Shown here one piece after another: positions 1 through 14,611 of a DNA stretch of 64,000 nucleotides. Under the pieces are notes generated by a model. The model had not been told where the DNA came from, made no database searches, and saw only the letters and a program-made list of their open reading frames with translations. Source of the stretch: Piromyces finnis finn. Its lineage: Eukaryota; Fungi; Neocallimastigomycota. A program made the translations under genes and the position numbers. Position 1 is the first letter of the stretch; every line of letters starts with the position of its first letter. The stretch is from contig MCFH01000026.1 of the NCBI GenBank assembly GCA_002104945.1, positions 186,001-250,000 on the forward strand, read 5' to 3'.

Positions 1-475
1 CTTTTTGAACTTTAAATCATACATTATAATTGTTCATAATATGTACATAATATGAAATTAATACATTAGTGCATTTTATACAAAATATTATAATGTAGTG
101 TTTATTAGCCAATCAATCAAATTACAATATTCAATTTATAAAAGTCTAATGTATGAAATACTTTTTTTGTATTTATAAAACTGGATTAAATATAATATAA
201 ATAAATAATTTTGATTTAAAGATGTTAAGTAATATGAAGATGTAAAGTAATATCTTATTTCGATTGGTTAAATTTATCAAGTTTTTATTATTACATATTG
301 ATGTTATTGGTCTTGTTGGATTAAATTGCTCTATGTTATTTCCTTCTCAAACTGATTTAATAATATAATATAAAAAATGGTATTATCAAATCCTCATGAA
401 ATTATCAAATCATCAAGTATATAATAACAATAAATCTTAAATTATTTGCAAGTACAAGGAAATTTCCTTTTTTTT

Positions 476-510
<35 letters not shown>

Positions 511-666
511 TAAGAAATAAGTAAATTAGATAATGATTTTAACGAAAGCATATATATATATATTGAGGGATAAAAAATATTTCATTTTAATAATTAATAA
601 TAAAGATTATAATTGAAAGAAAAAAAAACTTTTTTAAAATTAATGAAATCTTTATCATAGGCAAAA

Positions 667-704
<38 letters not shown>

Positions 705-933
705 TTTATTAATCATGTGTTTGAAGTTTTAACTGTTGTGAGACTATCAATTTTTATATTGTATTTATTATATAAAATTATTTAAATAAAAAGAAAAAAT
801 AATAATAATAGTTTTTTATTCAATTAAAGATTCTGCTTTCTTGAATAAAATTATTGACCAAGTAATAATAAATAAAAAAAAAAAGATCAATTATAAAATA
901 TAAAAAAAAAAATTTTTTATTATTTTATTATAG

Positions 934-969
<36 letters not shown>

Positions 970-1042
970 TCTACAAATTATCTACGGTTTTGTTTGGTTA
1001 CTATTTAAATAAGATTAAAACTATTATTCATGATTAAAACTA

Positions 1043-1459
1043 TTATTCATGAAGATCAATATATTGAATTTCTTGCTGTTCATAATCACATGTACTAGTA
1101 TTAGAATTCCATATCATATTTTGTTCTAAGCAAGTTTCTTTGGTATGCTTTATACATTTTTCACCTGTCCAATACATATTTTCGTTATTACAAGCAATTT
1201 CTTCGGTAAAGAAACACTTATTTTTAGCTTTGTCCCAATAATAATTATTAGAGATACATGTTTTTTCTGTATAATCTTCACAGGAAATACCATTCCAGTA
1301 TTTCATATTACGAATACAAGAAAACATATGACTGTCCTTTCCAAAAATGGAACGTCTATCTTTTGATTTATGTAGATTACTTTCTACTTTTGAACATTCT
1401 ACTTTTAAACTAAAAAGACTTAAACTTAATACAATAAATAAATGATATATACACTTCAT
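1043..1459 (-). CDS. Small secreted cysteine-rich repeat protein (~138 aa), function unknown
   Basis: Provided ORF 1043..1531; the likely start is the second Met (MKCIYHLFIVLSLSLFSLKVEC, ATG at 1459), which reads as a signal peptide. It is followed by a dibasic KDRR site and four C-x5-[YI]W-x3-5-C repeats. Confidence 0.7.
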   Translation of the reverse strand: MKCIYHLFIVLSLSLFSLKVECSKVESNLHKSKDRRSIFGKDSHMFSCIRNMKYWNGISCEDYTEKTCISNNYYWDKAKNKCFFTEEIACNNENMYWTGEKCIKHTKETCLEQNMIWNSNTSTCDYEQQEIQYIDLHE

Positions 1460-2774
1460 TTTTCTTTTAATATAAATTAATATTTCAAAATGATAAAAAA
1501 AACTAAAAAAATGAAAAAAGAACCAGAACAAAAAAAAAGCAAATAAATATAAAATATATATATATATTAGTATTGTTCTAACACTATTGTTAAGACCTGA
1601 TAATCATATAATTTATAATGAATTAATAAAATGACAATTATACAAGAATAAAAGAATTAATTATTAATATGTAATATAATTAATAAAAAAAAAAAGTTTA
1701 TATTTTTTTCCCCAATAGTAAAGTCTCCTCCTTAATTTAATCCATTAATTAGAAAGTTGTGAATTTTTTAAATTCATACTGTTCCTCTCAATTTATCTTA
1801 ATTTAGATAGTAATAGATAAAACACTTTTAATATTTTGAATTAATAAACTTTATGCTTATAAAAAAAGTTTGTTTTTCTTCTTTTTTTATATAAAGTTTA
1901 GTTATCACCATATAAATTAAATAGGTTATAAAGTTTAAAGTTCATTTCTTAGTTATCACCATATAAATTAAATAGGTTATAAAGTTTAAAGTTTATTTCT
2001 TTATACTTTATTTTTATTTTAACCGTACTTTTTTTTTTTTTTATCCCATTTTTTGAAATTCAATTATTCTAGTGAAAATAAAGCATAATTGTACGTTTAT
2101 ATATAATATTTAAAGTTTTTTTTTTTTAATTATAATTTTCACATAAATATTAAAGTGAAATAAAAATAGAATTTTTAGGTTAAATTAAGTAGTGTCAAAG
2201 AAACATTTAAAATAATTTATGATGGTGTAGTAAAAAAAAAAAATATTTTATTATTATGATATCTTTTTGTTGATTCTTTTTTTTTTTTTACACTTTATTT
2301 TTATCTTTAACTATTAGTATTAATAACTTTTCATTCTTCATTTTTTATTATTTTTAAATATTATCATCATCATAAATAAAAAACATTATTTGAATTTTTT
2401 TTTTTTTAATAATAAAAACAGTGTTAAAAAGATCATTTAATATTCATTAATATGAATCTTTGATTGATAATAAAAAAATTTTATTAATTATTTATATTTA
2501 AATAAAATTAAATTGACATATATTTAGTATGTTTTTTTTTAAAAAAAAAGTTTAATTTAAAAAAAAAGCCTTTAATAATAATAATTAAAACTATGTATTA
2601 ATAACTATTAATAAAAAAATATTGAATTTAACCTATATATATATTATAATAGAAAAATAAACGTTTATTTGTTTTTATTTTATTTTATTTTATTTTTTTA
2701 ATTCAAATTATTGTTTAAATTTTTCATGTAATAATTTAGTGGATCTCATTGCTAATTTACCTAAATTACTTAAT

Positions 2775-3576
2775 TTACTTGGTGTCATCATCACCTTTTT
2801 TTAATGGTATTCTTTCGATAACATAATCTTCTTTCTTATCATTCTTTTCATCTTCACTATTATCAATTACCATTGGTTTTTCTGATAATTTTGATGGTTT
2901 AGTATCGTATTTCATTTTAAAAAGCGTTTTTTCTATATACAAAAAAAAAAGTTAGAATTATTTAGAAAAAAGGAAAAAATGATGAAGCTGAATTAAAAAA
3001 AAATATATATATAATCAAAAAAATGTGCGTGACTTTTTTTTTTTTTGTTTTTAATAATAATAATTATAATTTTTTTTAAAAATAAATTAAAAAAAAATTG
3101 AAATGGATTTGGTTGTTGATCATTTAATTTAATTTAATTTTTCTTGATTTTTGTTAAAAATTATTGATGATCGGAAAGAATAATTTTTCTTGGTATTCTT
3201 TGTCTTTTTCCGTGCTTAAAATTAATTTCATTTATTGTAACAAATGTATTGCTCTTTTTTTTTTTTTATAAGGAAAACCTATATTCATAATTTTATCTAT
3301 TTTTCCACATATTTTGTCAATTTGTATTTTGTATCATTCTTATTATTTTTAATATATTATTATATTAAAAAAATTTTTTTTTTCTTCATCATCTTAGTTG
3401 ATGGAAAGATAAAATCATAGAATGCTAAACCTTTTTAAATGGTGATATTTTTTTTTTTTAATAATTTACTAGTGGCATTAAAAATAATAATAATAAATAA
3501 TAAAGTTGTTGAAATATAATATTTAAATTTTTTATCATTTTCTATCTAATAAAAAATATGTTTAATAGTCGTTTGT

Positions 3577-3609
<33 letters not shown>

Positions 3610-6600
3610 CAAAAAATTTATATTTTATCAATTAACTATAATAATATTTGTATTTATCATCTCTTTAATTTATTTGCTTTTTTCCCTTTAATATAACCAT
3701 TTACTTTTTGACAAATTAAGATTTTTTTTAAAAAATAATATTATTTTATATAATATAAAAAATAATTTGAAAAAAAAAAAAATAGAGAAAATTAAATAGT
3801 AAAAAGATTTAAATTACCTAAGGAATCAGGTGTATTTTTTTTATTTAGGGACAATTGGCTTTGTGAACCTCTGACATCACTAAGACTTGGTTGACTACCA
3901 CGAAGACTTTCTTCATAGGTAAAGATGAAATTACTTTGACTTCCAGTTAAATCTTCTGGTAATACAACATCAATTAATTTTAATTTAATGGATTCTTGAG
4001 ATTTCATATCTTGTGATTTACTTTCATCATCTCCTAAAGTGGCATCATTATCATTATTCTCAGTAGCATTTAAATTATTGACTTCTTTTTTAATTGGATT
4101 TTCTGCATTATCTACAATGGCATTTGTATCTGGTTCTAAATTTTTAATTGCTTCTTCTTGACAAACTTCTATTTGATTGCTTTTAATATCATTTGAAGAC
4201 GTCATGGGTTCTATTAAATCAGTAGCTTCTTTTGGTTTTTCTTCTTGATTTTTCTTTTCTTCTTGAACAGTATTTTCAGAAGTACCACCAATAGGAATAA
4301 GAGTGGAGTTACTATTATTATTATTATTATTATTAGCTTGTTCTGGTATCATTACTGGAATGGATGGCGCCATTTGTTCAGTTATTGTTTCTAATGGGGT
4401 ATCTAAAAGTTCTTGTATAGGTACTTCCTTTGTGCTTTCCGGTACTATTACTATTATTATATATATTATTATTATATATATATTTATAATTATCATTATT
4501 AGTAAATAATAATATAATTAATGAAATTAATAAAGTTTCATCATTATTATTTTATAAAATTATTAATTTTAATTTATATATTAGGATTTTATATTTATAT
4601 TTAATATTTACTTTCATTTTTAGGAGCAGCATTTTTACATTTAAGTTGAATATTTTCAATGGCATTTTGTACAAATGATTTTCTAACAGTTCTATAGCAG
4701 TATCTTTCAACATTTTCATGATTTCTATTATATACATATTGAATATAATATATAAAAAAAATTATAGATATTATATTTTTAAATATTGTATTTATAAACC
4801 ACCGAAATTAAATTCTTAATTAGTAAAATAATAATAATAATAATAAAAGAATAGTTTGATTTTTACGCTGACTCTAATGAACCTATAGCAAAAACTTTTT
4901 CTTCAATTTCATCTGGTGAAAAGTAGTTACCTTCATAAGAACTGAAAAAAAAAAATAAATAAAAGTGATTTGAAAAAAGATTAGTATATAATATTATAAT
5001 AGAATAAAATTGATATACTTATATAACTATTTAATATTAATATATAATAATTTAATGAAAAACTATTATAGTTTCTTGGAATACTATAAATAGGTATGTG
5101 AATAATAATAACATTTTTTTTAATCTTGGTAGTAAGGCAATAGTATCAGGAACATCAACAATCATATTATGATCAATATTACTTAAAATTATAAAAGAAA
5201 ATAAATTTAATTATATTTCCATAGTTAAAGGATAGAGTTTTATATTTATCTATCTATTTATATTATATTTACAATTCTCTTAAGTTCTTCATACGGTAAA
5301 TTTTTTCTGGTATACTTTTAATTAAATTGTTTTGTAAACGTCTTAATTATTCATTCATTAAAATATAATATGGTTAGGTTAACTTGGAATTCCATTTTCA
5401 ATTATAAAAAAAAAAAGTTAAAAAATACTAACAAAATTCTTAATTTTTTATTTTCACAAAGCGTGTCTGGGAATTTTTGGATTTTATTATTGTTTAAGCG
5501 CCTGTAGAACAATTTAAAGCAAGAGAGTATATAAACAAAAAATATGAATATATCATTTAATATGAAAGAGTCGAAAAAAAAAATATATATGATAAATTAA
5601 ATACACTTTTTTTTTTTTTTCTTTCCATTAATATATAAAAAATAATAATTACAAAATTTTTAATCTCTTCATCTTATTAATTTCATCTGGAATAGTAAAG
5701 ATTCTATTATTGTCCATATACCTAATAATTATTAAATAATACAATATTAGCTTTTTTTTTTTTATCCTAATATTTTTTAAAATCCATTTATAATATAATA
5801 TTGAATAAATAATTTAATATGAAAAATGGTCGTATAAACTTACAATTCACATAAATTGCTCATTTCAGTTATTTCATTTGGTAATTTTGGAAATTGATTA
5901 TTGGAAAGATATCTATAATAAATATGAAATTATATTTTAAAAGAATTTTAAAATGATTTTATTCAAAACTATTATAATAAATATTATATTGTATTCCTCA
6001 TGGTTTTTTTTTCTTATTATTAATTATTACAATTTCTCCAAGTTTCTTAAAAATGAAATTTTGAATTTAAAGCAGAATAATAAATTATTGCACAAATCCC
6101 TATGAAGGTAATTTAAACAATATACGTGTATATTTGAAAAATAATTAAAGGATTATTTAAAAAAAAAAAGTTTAATATAAATTGTTTTATTTTTTTTTTA
6201 AATATTAATGGTACTTACAGAACCTTAAGTTTTTGTAATCTAATAAATTCAACTGGAAGTCTATTAATTTTATTATTTGTAGCATATCTAAAAAATGATG
6301 GTTGTAAATTATATTTTGAATTGTGATTATTATTTTAAAAACATAAATAAATTAACAATCTTTATCATTTTTATTTTTATTTTATTTTATTTTTTTTTTT
6401 AATAAATATTATATTCTTGTATAAAACAAAATATTTACAATCCTTCAAGATTCTTTAAACGACAAATTTCTCTTGGGAATGTTTGTAATTTATTATCGGA
6501 AGCATACCTTTTTTTTTTTTTTAATATATATAATTAGAATTTTTCTTTATGCCTTTACCTTTTTTTTTTTTATCCCAATATACAATTTTATTGTTAAAAT

Positions 6601-7079
6601 AATATAATTACATAAATTTAAGATTTATTAATCCGCCAATTTGGAAAGGCAATGACTCAATTTCATTATTATTTAAATTTCTTTTTTTTTTTTTTTTTTG
6701 TTATAATTTTTATATATTAATTGTAAATGAGTAATATATATGAATATATATAATTATTAATAATCAAATAAGTTATTGATATAGCCTTTATTTATTTGTT
6801 AATACATAATAACTTACAAAATGTTAAGTTCTTTTAAATATCCTATTTCAAGTGGAATAGTTTTAAGTTTATTATTGGAAATATTTCTATATTGTATTTT
6901 TTATATATCATTATATATTTATATAAGATTAAAAAACAGGTATATAAATTTATATATATTGCTTTAGTAATAAAACAAAATGAAATAAAAACGGCATTTT
7001 AAATATCTTACAATTCCACTAATCTATCAAAAATTCCAATATTACGAGGAAGTTCTTGTATGAGATTATAACTGGCATC

Positions 7080-7113
<34 letters not shown>

Positions 7114-7345
7114 AATGTTTTTAGAAAAGTTATTTTTAATTGTATATAAGGATAAGAAAAGTATTTTGATATTTCTAATACTTATAGATAAATCCTTACA
7201 TTCTTCGAACATCTAAATTATTTTCAGAGGTAAACATTAAATGTTCAAGCTTTTTTCTACTAACATTACTATTAATATAAATAACATATATATATATATT
7301 TTAAACATTTTATTATTTTTTTGATAATATTTTTGCAAGTTTTAA

Positions 7346-7376
<31 letters not shown>

Positions 7377-8211
7377 AGATGGAATTAATAATATTATTAT
7401 TTATTATATTTAATATCAAATAATAATAATAGTATTAAAATTAGTATTACATAAAGCTTGTATTTTCAATTTCGTATTTTGAATTTCCATTTTTGTTATT
7501 CTTATGTTTACTTATAAATAATTCCATACTACCATTAATGTTATGTGGTCCTCTCAATCTAGTACTATTAAACTCTTTAATAAAAACATTTTCAATGTTA
7601 TCTTCTTTAATACAATTTATATTTCTATATTTTCTATCGACAACGACATCCTTTCCATCAATATTTCTAATGTTAGAAGAACTATTAAAACTAATTTTTC
7701 GATTTAAAGTTGGAATTTCAGTTTCAGTAAGAGATTTTCTAACTGTTCTTAATTGATTAATTCGATAATTAACATCTTCTTCATCAATAACAGAGGATTG
7801 ATTATTATTATTATCTGTAACTGAATTTTCATCATTATCATCGTTTTTATTAGTATCTTTTTCGATGGAAACTTCTGTTTCTTGATTGGCATTATTAGCA
7901 GCATTATCTAGTGTATTTAAACTACTAGAAGAATTTGTTTTTACAGGTCGTTCTTTTTGAAGAATTTCATTGATCTGTTCTTGTTCTTCATTTAATTTAT
8001 CATCTTCATCAAATTTTGAAAATTCGTTATCATCTTTATTTTCTATTAAAACAGGATTAAGAAGGGTTCGAACATCATCTTGAGAATTTCTTTGAATTAA
8101 AGGTTTAACCGTTAATGCATCTTGATGAGTGGAATCTGTATCTAATAATTTTGTAGATTGTGATTCGGTTTCCTCTATTGGATTAGCTGAATAAATATTT
8201 GAAACTGACAT
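2775..8211 (-). CDS. Multi-exon leucine-rich repeat (LRR) protein with acidic low-complexity N- and C-terminal regions
   Basis: Large first exon (ORF 7447..8211), then ten 69-nt GT-AG exons between ~5273 and ~7079, each encoding one LRR (e.g. YASDNKLQTFPREICRLKNLEGL, NISNNKLKTIPLEIGYLKELNIL). Further exons lie at ~5110-5190, 4860-4945, 4600-4740 and 3818-4440. The 3' end is uncertain: a stop at 3792 or a last exon ending ...KKGDDDTK* at 2775. Confidence 0.7.
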
Positions 8212-9831
8212 TTTCTTTTTTTTTTTTATTTTATTTACTTTAGTTTATTTTTACAAAATAATAATAATATAATAATAATAATAATAATAATAAAACTAAT
8301 TGACCTTGAAAAAAATATTGTAACTATTATAAAAAAATAATATTAACTTTTTATTATTTACAAAATATACAAATACGATATAATATTGTCAATCAGTAAT
8401 TTAATTAAATGTATATTTATATAAAAATTAATAATATATATGTATATATAATTTTTTTCTTTTTTTTTTTTTTTTTCTTTTTTTTTGGTTTGAAAAAAAC
8501 TATAATAAATAATACTTTTTTTTTTTTAATTAAAAAACTTCAAATATATAACAATATTACTTTTAAAAAAATCATTAGTTAAAGTTATTTTATTTAGGAT
8601 ATAGTAATAATAATAATAATAACAATAATAATAACAATAATAATAATATATATTTTTTTAATAATACATTATTAATCTTTTTATTTTAAATAAAATTTTC
8701 AAGTACCAAAAAATTATAAAAAATGAATCTCCCATAAAATTATATTTTATAATATATATTTATAGGGGAAGAGGAGGGGGAAAATGTGCTTAAATATATA
8801 CATACTAATTTAAAGTTTTTGTTTTATATATATATATATGTACCAAAAATAAGATTCGATTCTGATTCTGGGTAATTTTTTGAAAATATAAAAATAAACC
8901 TGAAATTTTTAAAAAGTATAAAAAAAATATATATATATATCTTTTCCTGTGTAACTAAAATTATTATTAATATTTTTGTATATCTTAACTTTTTTTTTTT
9001 TTTTTTTTTTAAAAAAAGCAAATTTATATTTTTAGTGTTATCTCTACAAAAATGAAAAAAAAAATTCTTTCAATGCAAATATAATTAGGATAACATAATT
9101 TATACAAAACTATTAATCATATTTACACTATTTTTTTTTTTATTTTTTTTATTTTTTTATTTTTTTTTTTTTTATTTATTTTTTTAATAATATAAATATT
9201 CTTAAAAATAATTTTTTTTTTTAAATTAAATTAAAAAGAACATATAAATCAATGATAAAAAAAAATAGTAAATGAAATAACAAAAGTTAATAAAAATTAA
9301 AGAATAAAATAAAAAAAAATTTTTTTAAAAAAAAATTATATACTATAAAAAAGTTTAAAAAATATAAAATAATAATAATAATAATAAAAATTAAAAAAAT
9401 TGTTCGTTTTTTTTGTGTGTGTGTGTGTTTTTTATGTATGAATTAATTACAAATTTAATAAATAAAACTATAATAATACTCTATATAAATAGATATATGA
9501 TGTAAGAAAAAAAAATTCACCTTTCATTTAGTTATTATCTAAAAATGACATATATCTATCTATATATATTGGTATATATTGTTTTATGAAATGAAAATAA
9601 AAATGGTTTTGTTAATGTTGTGTATATGTATATTTTCTTTCTTAATGATGCTATTATTATTAATATAAAAAACTAATATCTAATTGCTTTTTTTTTTTTT
9701 TTCCCTTTTAAATAGTAATTTTCTCTTTAAGTGATAATTGGTTTTATTTGTATATATGATTAGTTTAATATTTTTTAAAAAAATTATGATGATAATGGTA
9801 AAATAATTTTTTGTTTCACTTTTTTTTACAT

Positions 9832-12800
9832 CTAACCAACCATCATTCTTGGAGCAATATTCATTGACATAAGTTCTTGGAATAATAATTTACAAGCATA
9901 TGGTAAATAAACTTGACTAATTCTAGTTTTGTTCTTACAACCACGACATTCAAATATATTCTTCTTTAAGTTAGCAATACACATTAAACCACATAAATCA
10001 CAAACATGAACACGATAGGCATCACTAGCATCGAAAAGACGTTCCTTCAAAAATTGTGCAGCACCATGACTAATCATACAATCCTTTTCCATTTCACCGA
10101 AACGAAGACCACCATCACGAGATCTACCTTCTACTGGTTGACGAGTAAGAATTTGTACTGGACCACGAGCACGACTGTGAATCTTATCATCTACCATATG
10201 CTTTAAACGTTGATAATATGTTGGTCCAAGGAAAATTTGTGCTTGAAGCTTCTTACCAGTATGACCATTAAACATAACTTCGAAACCACGAGATTGATAT
10301 CCATTTTCTCTTAAAAGTTTTGAAATAGCTTCTACAGTAACATCAGTAAATGGCGTTGCATCACCTTCATCACCAGTAAGAGTAGAAACCTTACCAAGCA
10401 AACATTCAACCAAGTGACCAATAGTCATACGTGATGGAATAGCATGAGGATTAATAATAATATCTGGTGTAATACCATTAGCAGTAAATGGCATATCTTC
10501 AGTACGATAGGTCATACCAACAGTACCTTTTTGACCATGTCTACTAGCGAATTTATCACCCATTTGTGGAATTCTAGTACTACGAACACGAACCTTTACG
10601 AATTTCATACCATCTTGGTTATTAGTAACAAGAACACGATCAACAATACCAGTTTCTGTACTTCTAAGTGGTGTTGAAGCATCACGCTTAGTATGATGTT
10701 CAGTACGTTGACCTAATTCTTGAGAATCCTTCGAAAGTGGAACTGTTTTACCAATAATAATATCATCACCACTGACACGAATACCAGGAGCAATAAGACC
10801 ATCTTCTTCTAATTTTTCATAAGTACCATGTCTAACACGTAAACAAGATTCACGGGTTGGTTTTTCAAAGTTTTCAACATTGAACATACCAACCTTCTTT
10901 TCTTGATCCATATAACTACGATAGAACAAACTTCTGAAGAGACCTCTATCAATTGAACTTTGATTCATAATAATTGAATCTTCTTGATTATAACCACTAT
11001 AACAAGCAATAGCGACAATAGCATTTTGACCAGCAGGTAAATCACGGAAACGAAGATGCTCCATAGCACGTGTAGTAACCAATGGCTTTTGAGGATAGTA
11101 TAAAATATTAGCCATAGTATCCATTCTTAATTGGAAGTTAGTTAAATAAATACCCATAGCTTGCTTACCCATAGCTGATTGATATGTATTACGTGGAGAT
11201 TGATTATGGTCTGGGAATGGAATAATACTAGCACAAATACCAAGAATCATACTTGGATGAATTTCACAGTGAGTCCAATTTCTAGAATAAACACTTCTTG
11301 ATTTCAAACGTGTACTTGTACCATAATCCTGTAAATTAAATTCACCTTCCTTAAAGTCAAGATCTTCATGAGACATACAAATTAAAATAGTTTCTTCTTC
11401 TTCAGCATCAATAAATTCGATAATACCATTTTCAACCAAATCATCCCATCCCCAACCTTCACCGGATTCGTTCTAATAAAATTTTATTATAAAATAATTA
11501 ATAATTGTAATTAAAATTGAAATAGAATTCTACACTTAATGGGCTTTTTATTATTATCCATTTTATATGTAATATTATTATTATGTAATCAATATTATTA
11601 AAAAATTTACCTTTTCTTGAATTTTTGCAATATGTGACTTCTTTAATTTAAGTTTTTGGTTTTCAACAATGAATAATGGTCGACAAATACGACCAGCATC
11701 TGTGTAAATTCTCAATTCCTTTTCTCTAATATCTCTAACAATACTAATTTCAGCATTAACGTTTTGACTTCTTCTTAAATCTCTTAATGTCTTAACTAAA
11801 TGATCTGGATCACGATGAATACCAACCCAAACACCATTAACGAAAATTTTGGTAGCTTCTAAGATATGACTAACATGAACTTCTTCCATGTTTTCCATAG
11901 TCCATTCATCTAAGAATTCAATAATTGGTGCTGATGATGAACCAACAGAAACGTATGACATTAAAGCTAAATTCTTAACTAAACCACAAGCTTGACCTTC
12001 TGGAGTTTCAGCTGGACATACCATACCCCAATGTGTATTATGTAATTGACGAGGCTTGGCTAACTTACCATCACGACCAATTGGTGTGTTCAAACGTCTT
12101 AAGTGACTTAATGTTGAAGCAAATGTATAACGATTAAGTACTTGACTGACACCAGCACGACTTTGCATGAACTTTGATTGGGCACCCCAGTTACCTGTGG
12201 CTAATGAATATTTCAAACCATCACTAATAGTATTTGGTCTAATTGCAGAATTTAAATTGAAATCCTTATTTCTATCAATACACTTTTGAAGAGTCTTACT
12301 AACATCTTTTGTTAATTTTCTAAATAACATACGGAATAAAGATCCAAGTAATGGACCTGCAAGATCAAGACGTTTCTTACCAAAATGATCTCTATCATCA
12401 CACTCTCTACGTTCTAATGCAGCAAGTAATAAACGATGAATCATATAACCAAAGAAATATGCTTTTTTAGTTTCTGTATGAGCTTTAGTACCAATATGTG
12501 GTAATAATTCTTTTTGTAAAATTTCTGCAGCATACCTATTTAATTATAATGATATTTATAATAGCATTTATGAATAATAATATTAATATTTTTTATCTAA
12601 AAAATCAATTTATTCCCTTTTAATGATTATTTAATTTTGTATATTTTTATATTTTTTTTTATCCTTTTACTATTATTAATAATAAATAATTCTATTTTAA
12701 CTATACCTTATACGTTTTTCTTTAGTAACACCAACAGTAGTACCTCTCTTACCAATAAAATCTAATGCAATTTCTTTATCTTGAATTACAAAAGCATCTT

Positions 12801-14478
12801 CTATACAAGGTTTTAACATTTCTAACATTTGGGTATCATTGAAATCATAACAAATATGATCTAAAATATCTCTATCAGGTACAATACCTAAAGCACGGAA
12901 TACGATAACAACAGGTATATCTTGTCTAACATATGGTAAAGTAGCTTTTATACTTTGACCAACAATCTTATAATATATAAATATTTAATATAATATTTAT
13001 TAATTATTATTTCATTTATTACTTATTTTATTAATATATTTTATCAATTTCTAGAAAATATATTATTTAATACTTCGCTATTAGCTCTTGATGAAGCTTT
13101 CGCAAGCATTTTTACATATAATGTACTAGCATGTCTCGAACCAGTTTCCACAGCACTTCTAATTTCTGCAGTATATGAATATGGTGAAGGTGGTGATTTA
13201 GCAAAAACATATATAATATTCGAGGCCATTCTTTCTTGAGCAATTAAAACTTTTTCTGAACCATTAATAACAAAATATCCTCCCTAAAAAAAAATTAAAT
13301 TTTAATGAAATTATATATTATATATATATATATACGAATTTCAATAATTATTTTATTAATAATTTACAAAAAACTTTTTATAAATAAATTTATTACTTAC
13401 TTGATCGTATGGGCATTCACCAACTTCATATAATTCATGATCTCTTAAACCACTCAACATACAATAACTTGATTTTAACATAATTGGGACTTGACCAATA
13501 AATACCTTTGTATTTGGATCTTCTGCTTCATCTTCCCAATTCATTTCAGCAAAAGAATTACCTTGATTTTTTGGATCATCTGGATCTGCAATTCTTACTG
13601 TTTTTTTCATATCTACATATAACGGTGCAGCATATCTTTTTATTTTTATTATTATAATTCAAAATTATATCAATATATAGTACAGTGTATTATAATTTCA
13701 AATATAAAACAATATTTTTTATAATGTATTACGTTAAATTTCTTAAACGGGTTTCTTGTGGGAATAATAAACCACCACCACCATCTGATTCGGTAATTGT
13801 TGGTTTACTTAAATAAATTTGACCGAATTTAATAATGTATTGTTTCTTTTAGATTTTAATTATTGATAATATAAATGAATAAATCATTAATATATGTAAT
13901 AATATTATATAATTATTGAATCTAACTCTTCCATAATATTAAATAATCAATTCTTGAATTTAAAATTATTATTATTAAAAATAATTGGTGTAATCTCAAT
14001 TTTTTTTTTTAAAAAAAAAAATCCAATCAAAATTATGAAATTTACTGTAACATCGTTTCCTTGTCCTGTATGTTGGGCTGTTGTTTGTAATACTAATTGT
14101 GCATTTTCTTCTACAATTTCTTGCATACTATTTTGAATGAATTCATCAAAAGAATCAAGTTGTTGTCTTACAAGACCCTTTTCATGGAAAAAAGAAGTAA
14201 TTACAGTCCAAAAATCTTCTTGGACTAAAAGTTCTTCTTCTTCATTATTATAATTGTCCTCTTTATAAATTTAATATAAATTATATGTATTATTTTTATT
14301 TAATAATATTATTTTATAAATAAAATAAATTTTATGTACATTTTTTTTTTTTTAAAAAAAAAAAAGAATAGAATAGAATAGAATAGAAATTGTAAATATT
14401 AAATATTTAGATTTTTAAATATACTAATTTTTGTAATTGTCTACCTTCCATATAAGGTTGATTATAGTCATTATCCAT
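9832..14478 (-). CDS. RPB2: DNA-directed RNA polymerase II second-largest subunit (multi-exon, ~8 exons)
   Basis: Hallmark motifs [64 protein letters not shown] and GGLRFGEME, plus the C-terminal Zn finger and [13 protein letters not shown]. Start [11 protein letters not shown] at 14478; stop TAG at 9832-9834. Confidence 0.97.
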
Positions 14479-14576
14479 TTTTATTTCTATTATTTTATAA
14501 TAAAAACAATTTTTTTTTTTAAAAAAAATAAAATAATAAAAAAATAAAAATTCAAATGGAAAGTAATCAATAATGT

Positions 14577-14611
<35 letters not shown>

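Noticed and set aside
3792-8211. ORFs 3792..4496 and 7447..8211 as independent genes
   Set aside because: They flank the LRR exon array on the same strand with splice signals, so they are best read as exons of one gene.
1145-14136. Short plus-strand ORFs (1145..1366, 4303..4509, 7493..7756, 10006..10206, 10444..10677, 13954..14136) and minus-strand 8824..9021
   Set aside because: Antisense shadows of real exons or low-complexity F/I/K/L-rich products of AT-rich DNA.
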